A stretch of 55,733 nt of DNA, from the IMG/VR virus record IMGVR_UViG_3300032931_000778, positions 1-55,733 of that record; one strand, written 5' to 3'. The DNA is from a virus (Duplodnaviria; Caudoviricetes). Made by a program: the position numbers and the translations under genes. Positions 27,446 to 36,145 of this stretch are shown in pieces. The notes beneath the pieces were generated by a model. The model saw nothing but the letters and a program-made list of their open reading frames with translations, was not told the origin of the DNA and did not search any database. Position 1 is the first letter of the stretch; each line of letters begins with the position of its first letter.

Positions 27446-28321
27446 TCAGGGGATCGCGGGCGGGGTGGCCTGCGCGGGGCGGCCCGCCGCCACCGCCGCA
27501 TCGTAGAACAGGCGATAAAAATACACCAGACCCTTGCCGGTGATCTTCGGCGTGCGCGTCACCAGGTCATCGCCCACGGTGCGCACCTGCAGGACCATCC
27601 AGCCGCCGTCGAGGCAGCGCTGCGCGGGCTCGTTCTTCTGGCTGCCGCCCCGGTGCAGGAACCCGTGCTCGCGCAGCCACGCGAAGAGGCGGTTCTGCCC
27701 CATCGGCGTCGCCGTGCCCTGCTGGATCGCCTTGGCCACCTGGCCCACGAGGTAGGTCGCACTGGCCAACTCGATCCGATGGCTAAACTGCACGCGCGGC
27801 GCATCCTCGGCGACCTTCGCCACGAGCTGGTTGTTCTGCATCTCAGCCGCCTTGCGCGCCTTGTACTGCTCTGCCCACGCAATCGCCGCCTCTGCCGGAT
27901 CCGTAAAGTCCGGCAGCGCCAGGGCACTCGCTTGCATGCGCGGATTCACCGCCGATCCCTTTGTCCAGTAGTCCCACAAGGCGTCGTCGCACTCGTTTTG
28001 GTAGATCAAGACCTTCTCGGCCACGGCGGCATCCATGCGCGAGGGCTGCAGCCCCATCAGCCACCCCGTCAGCTTTTTCAAAGGCATACAAAGCATCTCT
28101 CTGTCGAATCCATCGCCTCCATGGTCTATCACCATCATGGTGATGCTCCAGCGATCCGAATCATCCGTGAGCTTCCGGTGTTGGGGCTGCCACGCCAGCC
28201 CCATCCCCTCGACTACCGGCTTCATCGCCACGTAGGGCCTACTGTCCCGATCGATCACCGTCAACGCCTGGCCGTAGAAATCCACGGGGGCCAAGGCCCG
28301 CACCACGCTCTTGTCGTTCAT
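27446..28321 (-). CDS. Antirepressor: P22 Ant N-terminal domain plus ANT/KilAC domain
   Basis: VDFYGQAL...PYVAMKPVVEGMGLAW..Q..KL, MLCMPLKKL.GWL, YQNECDDALWDYWTKG; VGQVAK...GQNRLFAWLRE.G...P.Q...TPKITGKG. Confidence 0.92.
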   Translation of the reverse strand: MNDKSVVRALAPVDFYGQALTVIDRDSRPYVAMKPVVEGMGLAWQPQHRKLTDDSDRWSITMMVIDHGGDGFDREMLCMPLKKLTGWLMGLQPSRMDAAVAEKVLIYQNECDDALWDYWTKGSAVNPRMQASALALPDFTDPAEAAIAWAEQYKARKAAEMQNNQLVAKVAEDAPRVQFSHRIELASATYLVGQVAKAIQQGTATPMGQNRLFAWLREHGFLHRGGSQKNEPAQRCLDGGWMVLQVRTVGDDLVTRTPKITGKGLVYFYRLFYDAAVAAGRPAQATPPAIP

Positions 28322-28405
28322 GTCGTCCCTCGCTTGGTTGGCTGACCACGGCAACCACGCCTCCGGCCAGGCCCTGATACTACGCGCAGATCGACGGGGT
28401 GGCAC

Positions 28406-28443
28406 AAAAAAATGGGCCGCACCGTGTGGTTCCAGTGCGACCC
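28406..28443 (-). terminator. Intrinsic terminator in the leader of the Ant gene
   Basis: 11-bp stem GGGTCGCACTG/CGGTGCGGCCC (two G-U pairs) followed by ATTTTTTT. Confidence 0.75.
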
Positions 28444-28481
28444 GGGGCCCTGTTGCAGGGCTGAGGGATGACCGCGTGACT

Positions 28482-29174
28482 CTACGCGCTTTGCGGCCCG
28501 CGCGCCACCCGTTTCTTGCCAGGCGCCGCCGCCTGCGCCTTCAGCGCGCGCCGCGTCTCGTGCCCCTTCACCGCCGCCGCACTCCGCTTGGCCGCCAGGG
28601 CCTGCGCCGCCAGCGCCTTGGCCGCCCGCTTCTGCGCGCGCTGCGCGCTGATCAGCTTGGCCGCCATCGTGACGCGCCCCGCCCGCTGCTTGTCGGCCGG
28701 CTTCTGCTTCTCCAGGCCCATGCGCCGCGAGGCGCCCCGGAGGTGCTGGCGGATGCCCTCCATCATGCTCTGGTGCTTCGTGCGCTTGGGCCGGTAGCCG
28801 TAGTGCCGCTTCACCTGGTTCTTCCAGAACCGCATGGCCTGCTCGTAGTTCGGCTTGCCCTTGGCCACGATCCGCCCCTCCGTCGCCATGCGCGCCACCG
28901 CGCTCCACCAGAAGGTCGCGGAGTCCGGGAAGGGGATCTGCGCGGGGTCGATCAGGTACCACGGGGGCTGCAAGTAGCGCCCGTACTTGGCCTTGGCCTG
29001 CTCCACCGTCAGCTGCTCGGGCCGGGGGTTGCGCGTCGGCATCCGGGGCTTGATCGCCCGCTCCTCCAACAGCGCCGCCAGTTGCCCCGCAAGCCCCTCG
29101 TTGCGCACGCGCATGCGCAGGGGCGCCCCCACGATCGCCCGTAAGATCCCCGCGAGCTGCCCCGCCGTCCTCAC
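28482..29174 (-). CDS. Basic protein with LAGILRAIV / LAALLEE tags
   Basis: GC3 bias; Lys/Arg/Ala-rich C-terminus; GTGA coupling. Confidence 0.6.
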   Translation of the reverse strand: MRTAGQLAGILRAIVGAPLRMRVRNEGLAGQLAALLEERAIKPRMPTRNPRPEQLTVEQAKAKYGRYLQPPWYLIDPAQIPFPDSATFWWSAVARMATEGRIVAKGKPNYEQAMRFWKNQVKRHYGYRPKRTKHQSMMEGIRQHLRGASRRMGLEKQKPADKQRAGRVTMAAKLISAQRAQKRAAKALAAQALAAKRSAAAVKGHETRRALKAQAAAPGKKRVARGPQSA

Positions 29175-29545
29175 GGCTGCACCGCCGGCATCGGTACGTG
29201 CTGGGGCAGGGGACGGCCATCCGTCCGCGCCTGCGCCACATATAGGGGCACCAGGGGTTCATGCCCCGCACACACCCCGATCAGGCCAGGCTGGCCCACC
29301 ACGCGGACCCCCGCGTGCGAGGCCGCCCCGCATAGGAAGCAGTAGCCCGCGAGGTGCCCGAGGAGCGGCCCCGCATACCACGGATAGGTGCCCCCACCCC
29401 AGGGGCCGCAGCAGGCCTCCCCGCGCGCCGTGGCCTCGCAGTAGGGCAACCCGCGCTCACGCCCCCACCAGTAGCGGTCGCACATCGCGCACGTCCACAC
29501 GACGCCCTCGCGGATCGCCGCCCCCACGTCCCGCCCCGCGCTCAC
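29171..29545 (-). CDS. Cys-rich putative zinc-binding protein
   Basis: CAMC, CCGP, CFLC, C..H; GAGG SD and GTGA coupling at 29545. Confidence 0.6.
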   Translation of the reverse strand: MSAGRDVGAAIREGVVWTCAMCDRYWWGRERGLPYCEATARGEACCGPWGGGTYPWYAGPLLGHLAGYCFLCGAASHAGVRVVGQPGLIGVCAGHEPLVPLYVAQARTDGRPLPQHVPMPAVQP

Positions 29546-29844
29546 GTAAACCTCGCGCTCACACGGAACCGTGCGGTGTCCCCATGCCCCCGCCACCCCG
29601 CCATCTCCACGTAGGCCTGCACACGGTAATCCCCTGCCTGGTCCCAATCCCCCGCCTGCACGAAGTAGGCGATGCTCGTGGTACCCTCCAGGGCGCCCAC
29701 CCACGTCACCAACGTGCCGTCCGGCTTCTGCACATGTAGATCACGCGTGGTCGCCGTCGTGATGTCCACACAGGCGTCTACAACGATCTTCGTACCGATG
29801 TCGCCGACGTAGTATTTCGAGATGCCATCGCAACAATCAACCAT
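29542..29844 (-). CDS. BppU-N-like small structural protein
   Basis: GDIGT.I....DITTAT....KPDG...W......I.Y....GDWDQAGDYRVQAYV. Confidence 0.65.
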   Translation of the reverse strand: MVDCCDGISKYYVGDIGTKIVVDACVDITTATTRDLHVQKPDGTLVTWVGALEGTTSIAYFVQAGDWDQAGDYRVQAYVEMAGWRGHGDTARFRVSARFT

Positions 29845-30025
29845 CGGCCGGATCCTCCTCTAGCCCGAGCTTCGAGCACGCGGTCCACATAGGCGCCGCG
29901 CATCCCACCAGCGCCATCGCCAGGGCCACGGGGCCTCGCATCGCCACCAACGTAGCGCAGGGCGAGCACGCGGCCAAGGTTTGCGCCACGCACGAGGTCA
30001 GGCACAGGGTGTCTTGCTCTTCCAT
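29837..30025 (-). CDS. Small Cys-containing hypothetical protein
   Basis: Fills the operon gap with overlaps; no recognisable motif. Confidence 0.35.
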   Translation of the reverse strand: MEEQDTLCLTSCVAQTLAACSPCATLVAMRGPVALAMALVGCAAPMWTACSKLGLEEDPADG

Positions 30026-30165
30026 TCACTCACCAGCCCCAGGCGCAGCGCGATCTTTGAACACAGCCGGAGGATCTCCCGCAGACGCCCCGTCCAAGAT
30101 CCTGCGTAGCCCTGCGTCGCCATCAAACTCTTGGGGCCAAGCCCGCGCGTCACGATCCGGTTCAC
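29998..30165 (-). CDS. Small hypothetical protein (55 aa)
   Basis: Below the ORF-track cutoff; GTGA coupling; MNRIVTRGLGPKSLMATQGY... Confidence 0.5.
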   Translation of the reverse strand: MNRIVTRGLGPKSLMATQGYAGSWTGRLREILRLCSKIALRLGLVSEWKSKTPCA

Positions 30166-30641
30166 GCGGGCACCCGCTCGAAAACATTTTCCATCGTGGG
30201 AAGCCCCGCCTGATCCTTCAGATCGAACGTCAGGATGGGCGTCACGTCATCAGTCCCGTAGAAGATCATCTGGTCCCCAATGATGCGCCACCGCCCCGTC
30301 TCCACCTGGCGGATCAACGCGAGGTCCGCCTGGAGCGCGAGGTCATGCACCATCACGTCCTCCGTCACCAGACACGTCACGTCGTTCGCGTCGATGAGCT
30401 GGTACTCCGCCACGTACTGGTTCACGCCCAGCATCGGCGGAACCCACACGTACCGCCAGACGCTCGAGGCCCCCACCTGCACGAGGTCCGTCAACACGAG
30501 GTCCTCGGTCTCGACGCCCCCCGCCACATGGTAGACGCGCACCGCCGCCGCTACGACATCGAGCTTGGGCGTCCCGTCCAGGTCCACCGCGAGCACCTGG
30601 AGCACGATCTGCGTGGGGTTCGGCCGGAACAGTAAGCCCAT
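30162..30641 (-). CDS. Hypothetical structural protein
   Basis: GAGGTG SD; IRQVETGRW.I...QMIFY..D..TPI.TFDLKD..G.P.....ERVP. Confidence 0.65.
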   Translation of the reverse strand: MGLLFRPNPTQIVLQVLAVDLDGTPKLDVVAAAVRVYHVAGGVETEDLVLTDLVQVGASSVWRYVWVPPMLGVNQYVAEYQLIDANDVTCLVTEDVMVHDLALQADLALIRQVETGRWRIIGDQMIFYGTDDVTPILTFDLKDQAGLPTMENVFERVPA

Positions 30642-30648
30642 GGTCACC

Positions 30649-31131
30649 TCAGCGCGACAGCGCCATCCCTGTAACGACCGCCCCGAGTACGACCGCGCAG
30701 CCACCTAGCACACCCGCGAAAACCCCCAGGCGCCGCGCTCGCGCGTGTTCCGCGTCCGCCTTCGCCCGCGCCTCGCGCGCCCGCTCCTGCGCGATGGCCT
30801 CCCGTGCCAAGGCCGCATCCGCCGCGCCCTTCTGCACCATCGCCTCGCCCTCGTTCAACGCCGCCCGCGCCACCTGAGTGGCGTACAGCGCCTCGGCCCG
30901 GGGCGCCCAATCGAGCAGGACGCGGTAGTCCAACACGAGGTGCCCCAAATCCTTCCACTCGTCGAGCGTGAAACACTTCTGGTCCACCGTGCCGATGTGA
31001 CAGATCGCCCCCGGCGGGACCGGCCGCTCAGCGTTTGGACGCGGGGGGAGCACCTCCTGTGCCCACGTGTTCCCGGCCATACAACACAACATCCACACCA
31101 CCAATACTGGTCGCATCATCGATCGCATCAT
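30649..31131 (-). CDS. Exported protein with signal peptide, coiled coil and C-terminal TM helix (spanin-like?)
   Basis: AAGGAGG SD; hydrophobic N-terminus; Ala/Arg/Glu helix; C-terminal LGVFAGVLGGCAVVLGAVV; overlaps the upstream gene by about 100 nt. Confidence 0.5.
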   Translation of the reverse strand: MMRSMMRPVLVVWMLCCMAGNTWAQEVLPPRPNAERPVPPGAICHIGTVDQKCFTLDEWKDLGHLVLDYRVLLDWAPRAEALYATQVARAALNEGEAMVQKGAADAALAREAIAQERAREARAKADAEHARARRLGVFAGVLGGCAVVLGAVVTGMALSR

Positions 31132-31396
31132 GGCCCTCCTTCGTGCGCGTCGCATCCGCCGCTGCCCCCGCCCGCGTCGCCGCGTCCACCGCGTCCAGCG
31201 CGACCTCGGCTTCCTTGATCGGCCCCAAGACCGGCGTGGGGTCGTACGGGGGCACCACCGGCGGCGGGACGACTGGCGTGGGCTTGCGTAGCCTATGCCA
31301 CGCCGTCACCGCGATCAAGAGCCCCGCAAACAGTCCCCCCGCCGCCGACGTGAGCACCTGCCAGTGCCGCTTCGCCCAGGCCCACACCTTCTTCAT
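31028..31396 (-). CDS. Membrane-anchored protein (i-spanin-like?)
   Basis: GGAGG SD; MKKVWAWAKRHW, TM helix, Pro-rich linker, helical region. Confidence 0.55.
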   Translation of the reverse strand: MKKVWAWAKRHWQVLTSAAGGLFAGLLIAVTAWHRLRKPTPVVPPPVVPPYDPTPVLGPIKEAEVALDAVDAATRAGAAADATRTKEGHDAIDDATSIGGVDVVLYGREHVGTGGAPPASKR

Positions 31397-31752
31397 GCAC
31401 GCTTCCTCCGCGACGGGATCGACCCCGTCTGTCCGACATTTCCACGTTTCCGCAACAACCACCAGATCGCGAGCCCGCCCAACGTGTTCGCAATCATGTC
31501 CCGCCAACTCGCGCCGTACCGAAAGCACCCATCCCACAAGATCTCCCACGGCCCCATCATCACCGCCCATCCCACGACCGGCCCCCAGATCTTCCCCAAC
31601 CAACGGCTCAGCACCCAGCCGAGGAGAAACACGATCAAGAAGTGCATCAGCTTGTCAGGCAGGACGAGATTCCAATCCGCCGGGAGCCCCAGCTCGTCGA
31701 GCCGCAGCATCTCCCACCAGTAGTCCTCTTGTTCCCAGCGAAACTGCATCAC
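31393..31752 (-). CDS. VanZ-like membrane protein
   Basis: DKLMHF, E..W, SWRDMIANTLG with three hydrophobic segments. Confidence 0.65.
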   Translation of the reverse strand: MMQFRWEQEDYWWEMLRLDELGLPADWNLVLPDKLMHFLIVFLLGWVLSRWLGKIWGPVVGWAVMMGPWEILWDGCFRYGASWRDMIANTLGGLAIWWLLRKRGNVGQTGSIPSRRKRA

Positions 31753-32264
31753 GTTGGCCCCTTCCTTATCAGCTCAAAATCCTGCGGCCGCGCCCGACAA
31801 AAGTCTCGAATGTCCTCGGGCGTCGTCAACTCCGGTGGCAGATCCCCCGCCACCGCCACCCCCGCCTCCCGCAAAAAGATCGCCACCAACTCCGAGCACT
31901 TCACCGCCGCGGTCCGCCACCGCCACCGCGTCACCTTCACGCGGAACCACTCCTTGAGCACCAGCACCCACGCGATCACGAACAGCCCGCCATAGTCGTA
32001 CCGCTGCCCCACCTCGTCCGAAATCGCCGCGAGCCCCGTCCGCGCGCCAAACTGACAGCGGTACTCGGCCACCACGTGGTGCCGCGCCCGGATCGACGGC
32101 ACCATGCGCACGCCCCCGATGCGGGCCTCGGCCACCATGCGCCGCCCCCACACGGGGAACTCGATCATGCAGTGCGACACCGGGCTACGGGTGATCCACC
32201 GGATCACCGCGCCCAGCGGCGTCTGCGAGGCGGTCAGCACGATGCGCACGTCGTCCATGATCAC
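31749..32264 (-). CDS. Permuted papain-like NlpC/P60 amidase (YiiX/YebB type)
   Basis: IRWITRSPVSH, GQRYDY, CSELVA, TPEDI; His precedes Cys. Confidence 0.8.
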   Translation of the reverse strand: MIMDDVRIVLTASQTPLGAVIRWITRSPVSHCMIEFPVWGRRMVAEARIGGVRMVPSIRARHHVVAEYRCQFGARTGLAAISDEVGQRYDYGGLFVIAWVLVLKEWFRVKVTRWRWRTAAVKCSELVAIFLREAGVAVAGDLPPELTTPEDIRDFCRARPQDFELIRKGPT

Positions 32265-33208
32265 CTCAACGGATTGACCAACCCTCGGTACAGCATGGCC
32301 ACCAGTTGCAACGTCTTGGCCGTCGAATTGTGCACGGTCACGCGGTGCTTCCAGTGCGGCAGGATCAAGATCGGGCGCACTGCGGGCACCGTCAACGGGA
32401 AGTGGTCGCTCCCCATGATCGACACCCGCGTGATGAACCGCGCCAGCGTCACCTCGTAATCACAGAGGTGGTACGCCCCATGCCCCGTCGCATTGAGAAC
32501 CACGGCGCCCGTCTCGAGGTTGTGGTCGAAGTACCCATTGAGCCCCGGCGCGGGCACCGGCCGCACCTTGGTGAACGCGACGTTGGCGTTCTCCTTAGCG
32601 GTCAGGTCGAGATCCCAGTTCCCCGACCCCGGCACCGCCGGTACGAAGACGTTCGCCCCTGCGCCCACCTGCACCTTGTTGTAGTTGCCTGCCCCCGGAT
32701 TCGATACGCCCGCCGTCGCGGGCACGACGCTCGTGAAGTCGATCCAGTCGCCAAACACCGCCCCACTGTACTGGAGGTGTCCCCCGGCCAGGTAGCTGGT
32801 CAAAATGAACTGGAACGCCTTGACGTTATCCTCGACAGTCGTCGACTCGAACGCCAGTGAGTCGGTGCCCACGACGCCGTTGGTCACGTCATCGGCGGCG
32901 CCCGTAAAATTAGTCAGCGTCCCTAGCGGCCACATGTCGGGGGACACGTATAGCTTCCCGTCCGCCGTGCGCACCTCGGTCACGGTGGGCCATGGCGCCC
33001 CGCTGTGTGCCGCAACGAGCCCCTCCAGCACCGCCTCGTCCCCCACCGACAGGTCCGCCTTGAACACGATGTCGCACACGTCCCCGGACGTGCTGATGCC
33101 GTCCAGCGCGGTAACGATGGCGCTCTCCGCGATCTCGGTGGTGAGCCGGTCGGACGCCACGGCGTGATTGGGGAAATCCTCCTGAATCGAAAACACATAA
33201 CTGGCCAT
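32261..33208 (-). CDS. Hypothetical structural protein
   Basis: AGGAGG SD; GC3 bias; beta-rich. Confidence 0.6.
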   Translation of the reverse strand: MASYVFSIQEDFPNHAVASDRLTTEIAESAIVTALDGISTSGDVCDIVFKADLSVGDEAVLEGLVAAHSGAPWPTVTEVRTADGKLYVSPDMWPLGTLTNFTGAADDVTNGVVGTDSLAFESTTVEDNVKAFQFILTSYLAGGHLQYSGAVFGDWIDFTSVVPATAGVSNPGAGNYNKVQVGAGANVFVPAVPGSGNWDLDLTAKENANVAFTKVRPVPAPGLNGYFDHNLETGAVVLNATGHGAYHLCDYEVTLARFITRVSIMGSDHFPLTVPAVRPILILPHWKHRVTVHNSTAKTLQLVAMLYRGLVNPLR

Positions 33209-33217
33209 CCGTTCCTC

Positions 33218-33643
33218 CTAGACTCGCGTCTCCATGGCAATGATGGAAAGCCCCTCGGGGAGCGCCGACGGGCGACACCGCAACGTGCCCTCCCCCGCCG
33301 CCCCAATGCGCCACCGCACGTCCACGGTATGCGCCCCGGCTGTCAGCGCGACCGCCCGATGCACCATGGACCCGGTCTGTGCAATGTCGAACTCCTCTTC
33401 CCCCGCGAACAACACCACCGTCCCGTCCACCCGCAACTGCAAGCGGTACTCGTTCGTCGCACTCGGCGTGAACGTCATGCAGTAGCTCACCCAGATCAAG
33501 AGGTTCGAGCTGGCCAACGTCGTCACGCTCAGCGAGAGCACCGTCGCATACGTGGTCGAGGCGATGGTCTTATCGACAGCCAACGTGGCGCTCACCGTCT
33601 GCACCACGTTGGGATCCACCACCTGCGCATTGCTCAGCGGCAT
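33218..33643 (-). CDS. Small beta-sandwich structural protein, paralogue 3
   Basis: TTYATVL...TT..S.L...S....VDG...G.E....AGAHTV.VRW...TLRC...P...SI..ME. Confidence 0.65.
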   Translation of the reverse strand: MPLSNAQVVDPNVVQTVSATLAVDKTIASTTYATVLSLSVTTLASSNLLIWVSYCMTFTPSATNEYRLQLRVDGTVVLFAGEEEFDIAQTGSMVHRAVALTAGAHTVDVRWRIGAAGEGTLRCRPSALPEGLSIIAMETRV

Positions 33644-33644
33644 C

Positions 33645-34055
33645 TCACGTCACCTCGGTCGTCAGCAACGACGCCTGCTCGGCCTGCGTCACCGGGCGAC
33701 ACCGCAACGTGTTCCCCGCCGCCGTCTGCCAGTCCAAATTCACGGTATGCGGTCCCGCTGTCACAGGCCCTACCAGCGTGCAAATCGACCCCGACTGGAT
33801 GCACGTGAAGATCTCTGCCCCCCCAAGAGCGACCGTGTTTCCGTCTACCGTAACGCGGAAGGAGTTTTGCGCAGACAACGACGCGCTGTCCGAGGTCGAG
33901 AACGAGGCGCGAATCACCAGAAAGCTGCCCTCCTGCGTCAGGATCTCCTGCGTCAACAGGTTCTCGTAACTGGTCGCCGTGGTCGTTCGATCCACCGCCA
34001 GCGCCGTAAACGCCGTCTGCGAGACCAAGACCGGCAGGTCTGGGAAGAGTGGCAT
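33645..34055 (-). CDS. Small beta-sandwich structural protein, paralogue 2
   Basis: TSYENLLT...ASFSTS...VDG....GGAE...AGPHTVNL.W.T..G.TLRC...EQASL...E. Confidence 0.65.
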   Translation of the reverse strand: MPLFPDLPVLVSQTAFTALAVDRTTTATSYENLLTQEILTQEGSFLVIRASFSTSDSASLSAQNSFRVTVDGNTVALGGAEIFTCIQSGSICTLVGPVTAGPHTVNLDWQTAAGNTLRCRPVTQAEQASLLTTEVT

Positions 34056-34061
34056 CTGTCA

Positions 34062-34496
34062 TCAACCCTTCGTCTCGATGACCACGAGCGACGCATGCTC
34101 GGGCTGGTTCGCGATGGTGCCACCCGCACAGCGCAACGTCCCCCCGGTCGTGGTCCGCCACTGGAGCCGCACCGTCTTGGCCCCCGCCGCCAACACCCCG
34201 GACACCGCGAACAACGCCCCGCTCTCCGTGACCGGCCACTGCTCGCTCCCGCCCTGCGCCAACACCGTCGCATCCACCACGATCTGGAAGTAGTCCTGCT
34301 CCGTCCCGGCCCGGTCCACCGCATTGCTCGTCGCAAAACTCGCGTACACCTCCAACCGCGAGCTGCCCCCCGTCGTGATCGCACAGGTCAACAGATCCAC
34401 ATAGGTGATGGAGGTCGTCGTGGTGTTCGCTGTCAACCGCGCCGAGGCCGTCTGGATGATCCCCCCCGCCTCGGGATATGGAAGATGCAGCCCCAT
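34062..34496 (-). CDS. Small beta-sandwich structural protein, paralogue 1
   Basis: TYVDLLT...ASFATS...VD....GGSE...AGAKTVRL.W.T..G.TLRC...EHASL...E. Confidence 0.65.
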   Translation of the reverse strand: MGLHLPYPEAGGIIQTASARLTANTTTTSITYVDLLTCAITTGGSSRLEVYASFATSNAVDRAGTEQDYFQIVVDATVLAQGGSEQWPVTESGALFAVSGVLAAGAKTVRLQWRTTTGGTLRCAGGTIANQPEHASLVVIETKG

Positions 34497-34497
34497 C

Positions 34498-36135
34498 CTA
34501 CTGCGTCACCTGCGTCACCAGGGCCGCCCCGTTCGCCGCCGCCCAGTACCCATTGATCTGCCCACTGTACCCAAAGGGCACCTCGTAATAGGCGTTGGGC
34601 GTCATGCGCACCGTGTAGGAGGCCGCGCTCGCCCCGGTGCCCAACTTGAGGTACAGGATGGCCGTGCTCGCGTTCGCCACAGACGCTCCCATGCGCGACG
34701 CATTCGCGGCCAGCAAGGTCGTATCCGCCACCGCCGCCGCCACGCTCGCCACCGTCGCCGCCGTCGCCGGGGCGTCCCGCATGGCGATCACGCTCTGATC
34801 CGAGGCCAACGTCACCGCGAGGCTCGCCGCCATGGCCTTCTGCCCTAACGTCGCAGGCAGCTTCGTAGACACCGCCGAGAGCGTCGTCTCGGTGGACGCG
34901 CCCGTCGGAAGGGGCAACGCTGTGGCGTCGATGGTCAACGACCCCCCGCCATCCGCCACTGGCACCGCACTCTGATCCGACGCCAGCGTCACGGGCACCG
35001 ACCCCGCCATGGCCTTCTGCCCCAGCGTGGCCAGCTTCCCGTCGATGTTACTCAGCGACGTGTTGCCCGTACCCTGAAGCGCCGACGTCGCGGCCCCACT
35101 GGGCAACACCGGGGTGTTGTTCGGCGACACGGCGACCACCAACGCGGGATCCGCTGCCACCGCCGCCGTCGAGGCCGCCTTGACCGCCGCCACATTGGTG
35201 CCATCGGTGACCTTGGCGGGCCAGCCCCCCGCCGCCGCCGCCGCCGTCCCCTGCGCCGCCGTCACCACGTCCGCCGACGTGAGCGCCCGCACCTGCGTGG
35301 GATCCTTGGCCGCCCCGCCGTGCATGATCTGCACATCAAGGGCCTGGTGGTCCGCACCCTCCGCCGTCGAGGTCACATCCGCTGCGGCGGTCGCACCCTT
35401 CGCCCCGCCCCGTACAATAGCCTTCTGTGTCCCCCCTGTCAGCGTGGCATCGAGAGCCAACGATCCAGACGTGCCGATGTTCGCTGTGACCGCGCCATCG
35501 ACCGTCAAACTTCCGCCGTTGTCCGACACCGGGAACGGTCCTGTCCCTGCGTTCGCCGTCACCACATCCGACGCCGTGAGCGCCCGGATCTGCGTGGGAT
35601 CCTTCGCCGCGCCCCCGTGCATGATCTGCACGTCCAACGCCTGGTGATCGGCGCCCTCCGCCGTCGAGGTCACATCCGCCGCTACCGTCGTCCCCTTGGC
35701 CCCGCCCCGCACGATGGCCTTCTGCGTGCCGCCCGTGAGCGTGGCGTCGAGCGCGAGCGATCCTGACGTGCCGATGTTCGCCGTCACCGCGCCATCAACC
35801 GTGAGACTCCCGCCGTTATCCGACACCGGGAACGGCCCCGTGCCTGCGTTCGCCGTCACGGTCCCATCGACGGTGATCGACCCCCCGCCATCGGACACCG
35901 GCTGCGGCGTCCCCCCAGATACGCCCTGGACCGAAAGCACATCGGCCGAAGGCGTGCCCGCCGTCCCCAGGGCAGGCTGCTTCGCCGCCGTCGCGGCTCC
36001 AGTCGGCAGGGGCAGCGCCGTGGCCGACACCGGCTGCGTCGTGGTCCCCGTCGGGTCCACGCGCACGGGATTGGCGACCGTCGCGATCTCGGTCCCCGAC
36101 GTGTTGTGTAAAATGGAAACTGGAGAGTCGCCCAT
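34498..36135 (-). CDS. Ala/Thr/Gly-rich repetitive fibre protein
   Basis: LPLPTGAAT, VSDGGGSLTVD and LGQKAMA.S..VTLASDQS repeats; internal 99-aa duplication. Confidence 0.75.
   Translation of the reverse strand: MGDSPVSILHNTSGTEIATVANPVRVDPTGTTTQPVSATALPLPTGAATAAKQPALGTAGTPSADVLSVQGVSGGTPQPVSDGGGSITVDGTVTANAGTGPFPVSDNGGSLTVDGAVTANIGTSGSLALDATLTGGTQKAIVRGGAKGTTVAADVTSTAEGADHQALDVQIMHGGAAKDPTQIRALTASDVVTANAGTGPFPVSDNGGSLTVDGAVTANIGTSGSLALDATLTGGTQKAIVRGGAKGATAAADVTSTAEGADHQALDVQIMHGGAAKDPTQVRALTSADVVTAAQGTAAAAAGGWPAKVTDGTNVAAVKAASTAAVAADPALVVAVSPNNTPVLPSGAATSALQGTGNTSLSNIDGKLATLGQKAMAGSVPVTLASDQSAVPVADGGGSLTIDATALPLPTGASTETTLSAVSTKLPATLGQKAMAASLAVTLASDQSVIAMRDAPATAATVASVAAAVADTTLLAANASRMGASVANASTAILYLKLGTGASAASYTVRMTPNAYYEVPFGYSGQINGYWAAANGAALVTQVTQ
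35266..35859 (-). repeat. Tandem 297-bp (99-codon) duplication inside the fibre gene
   Basis: VTANAGTGPFPVSDNGG...KDPTQ(I/V)RALT occurs twice with a 297-nt offset. Confidence 0.85.
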
Positions 36136-36145
36136 GCTTTACCCC

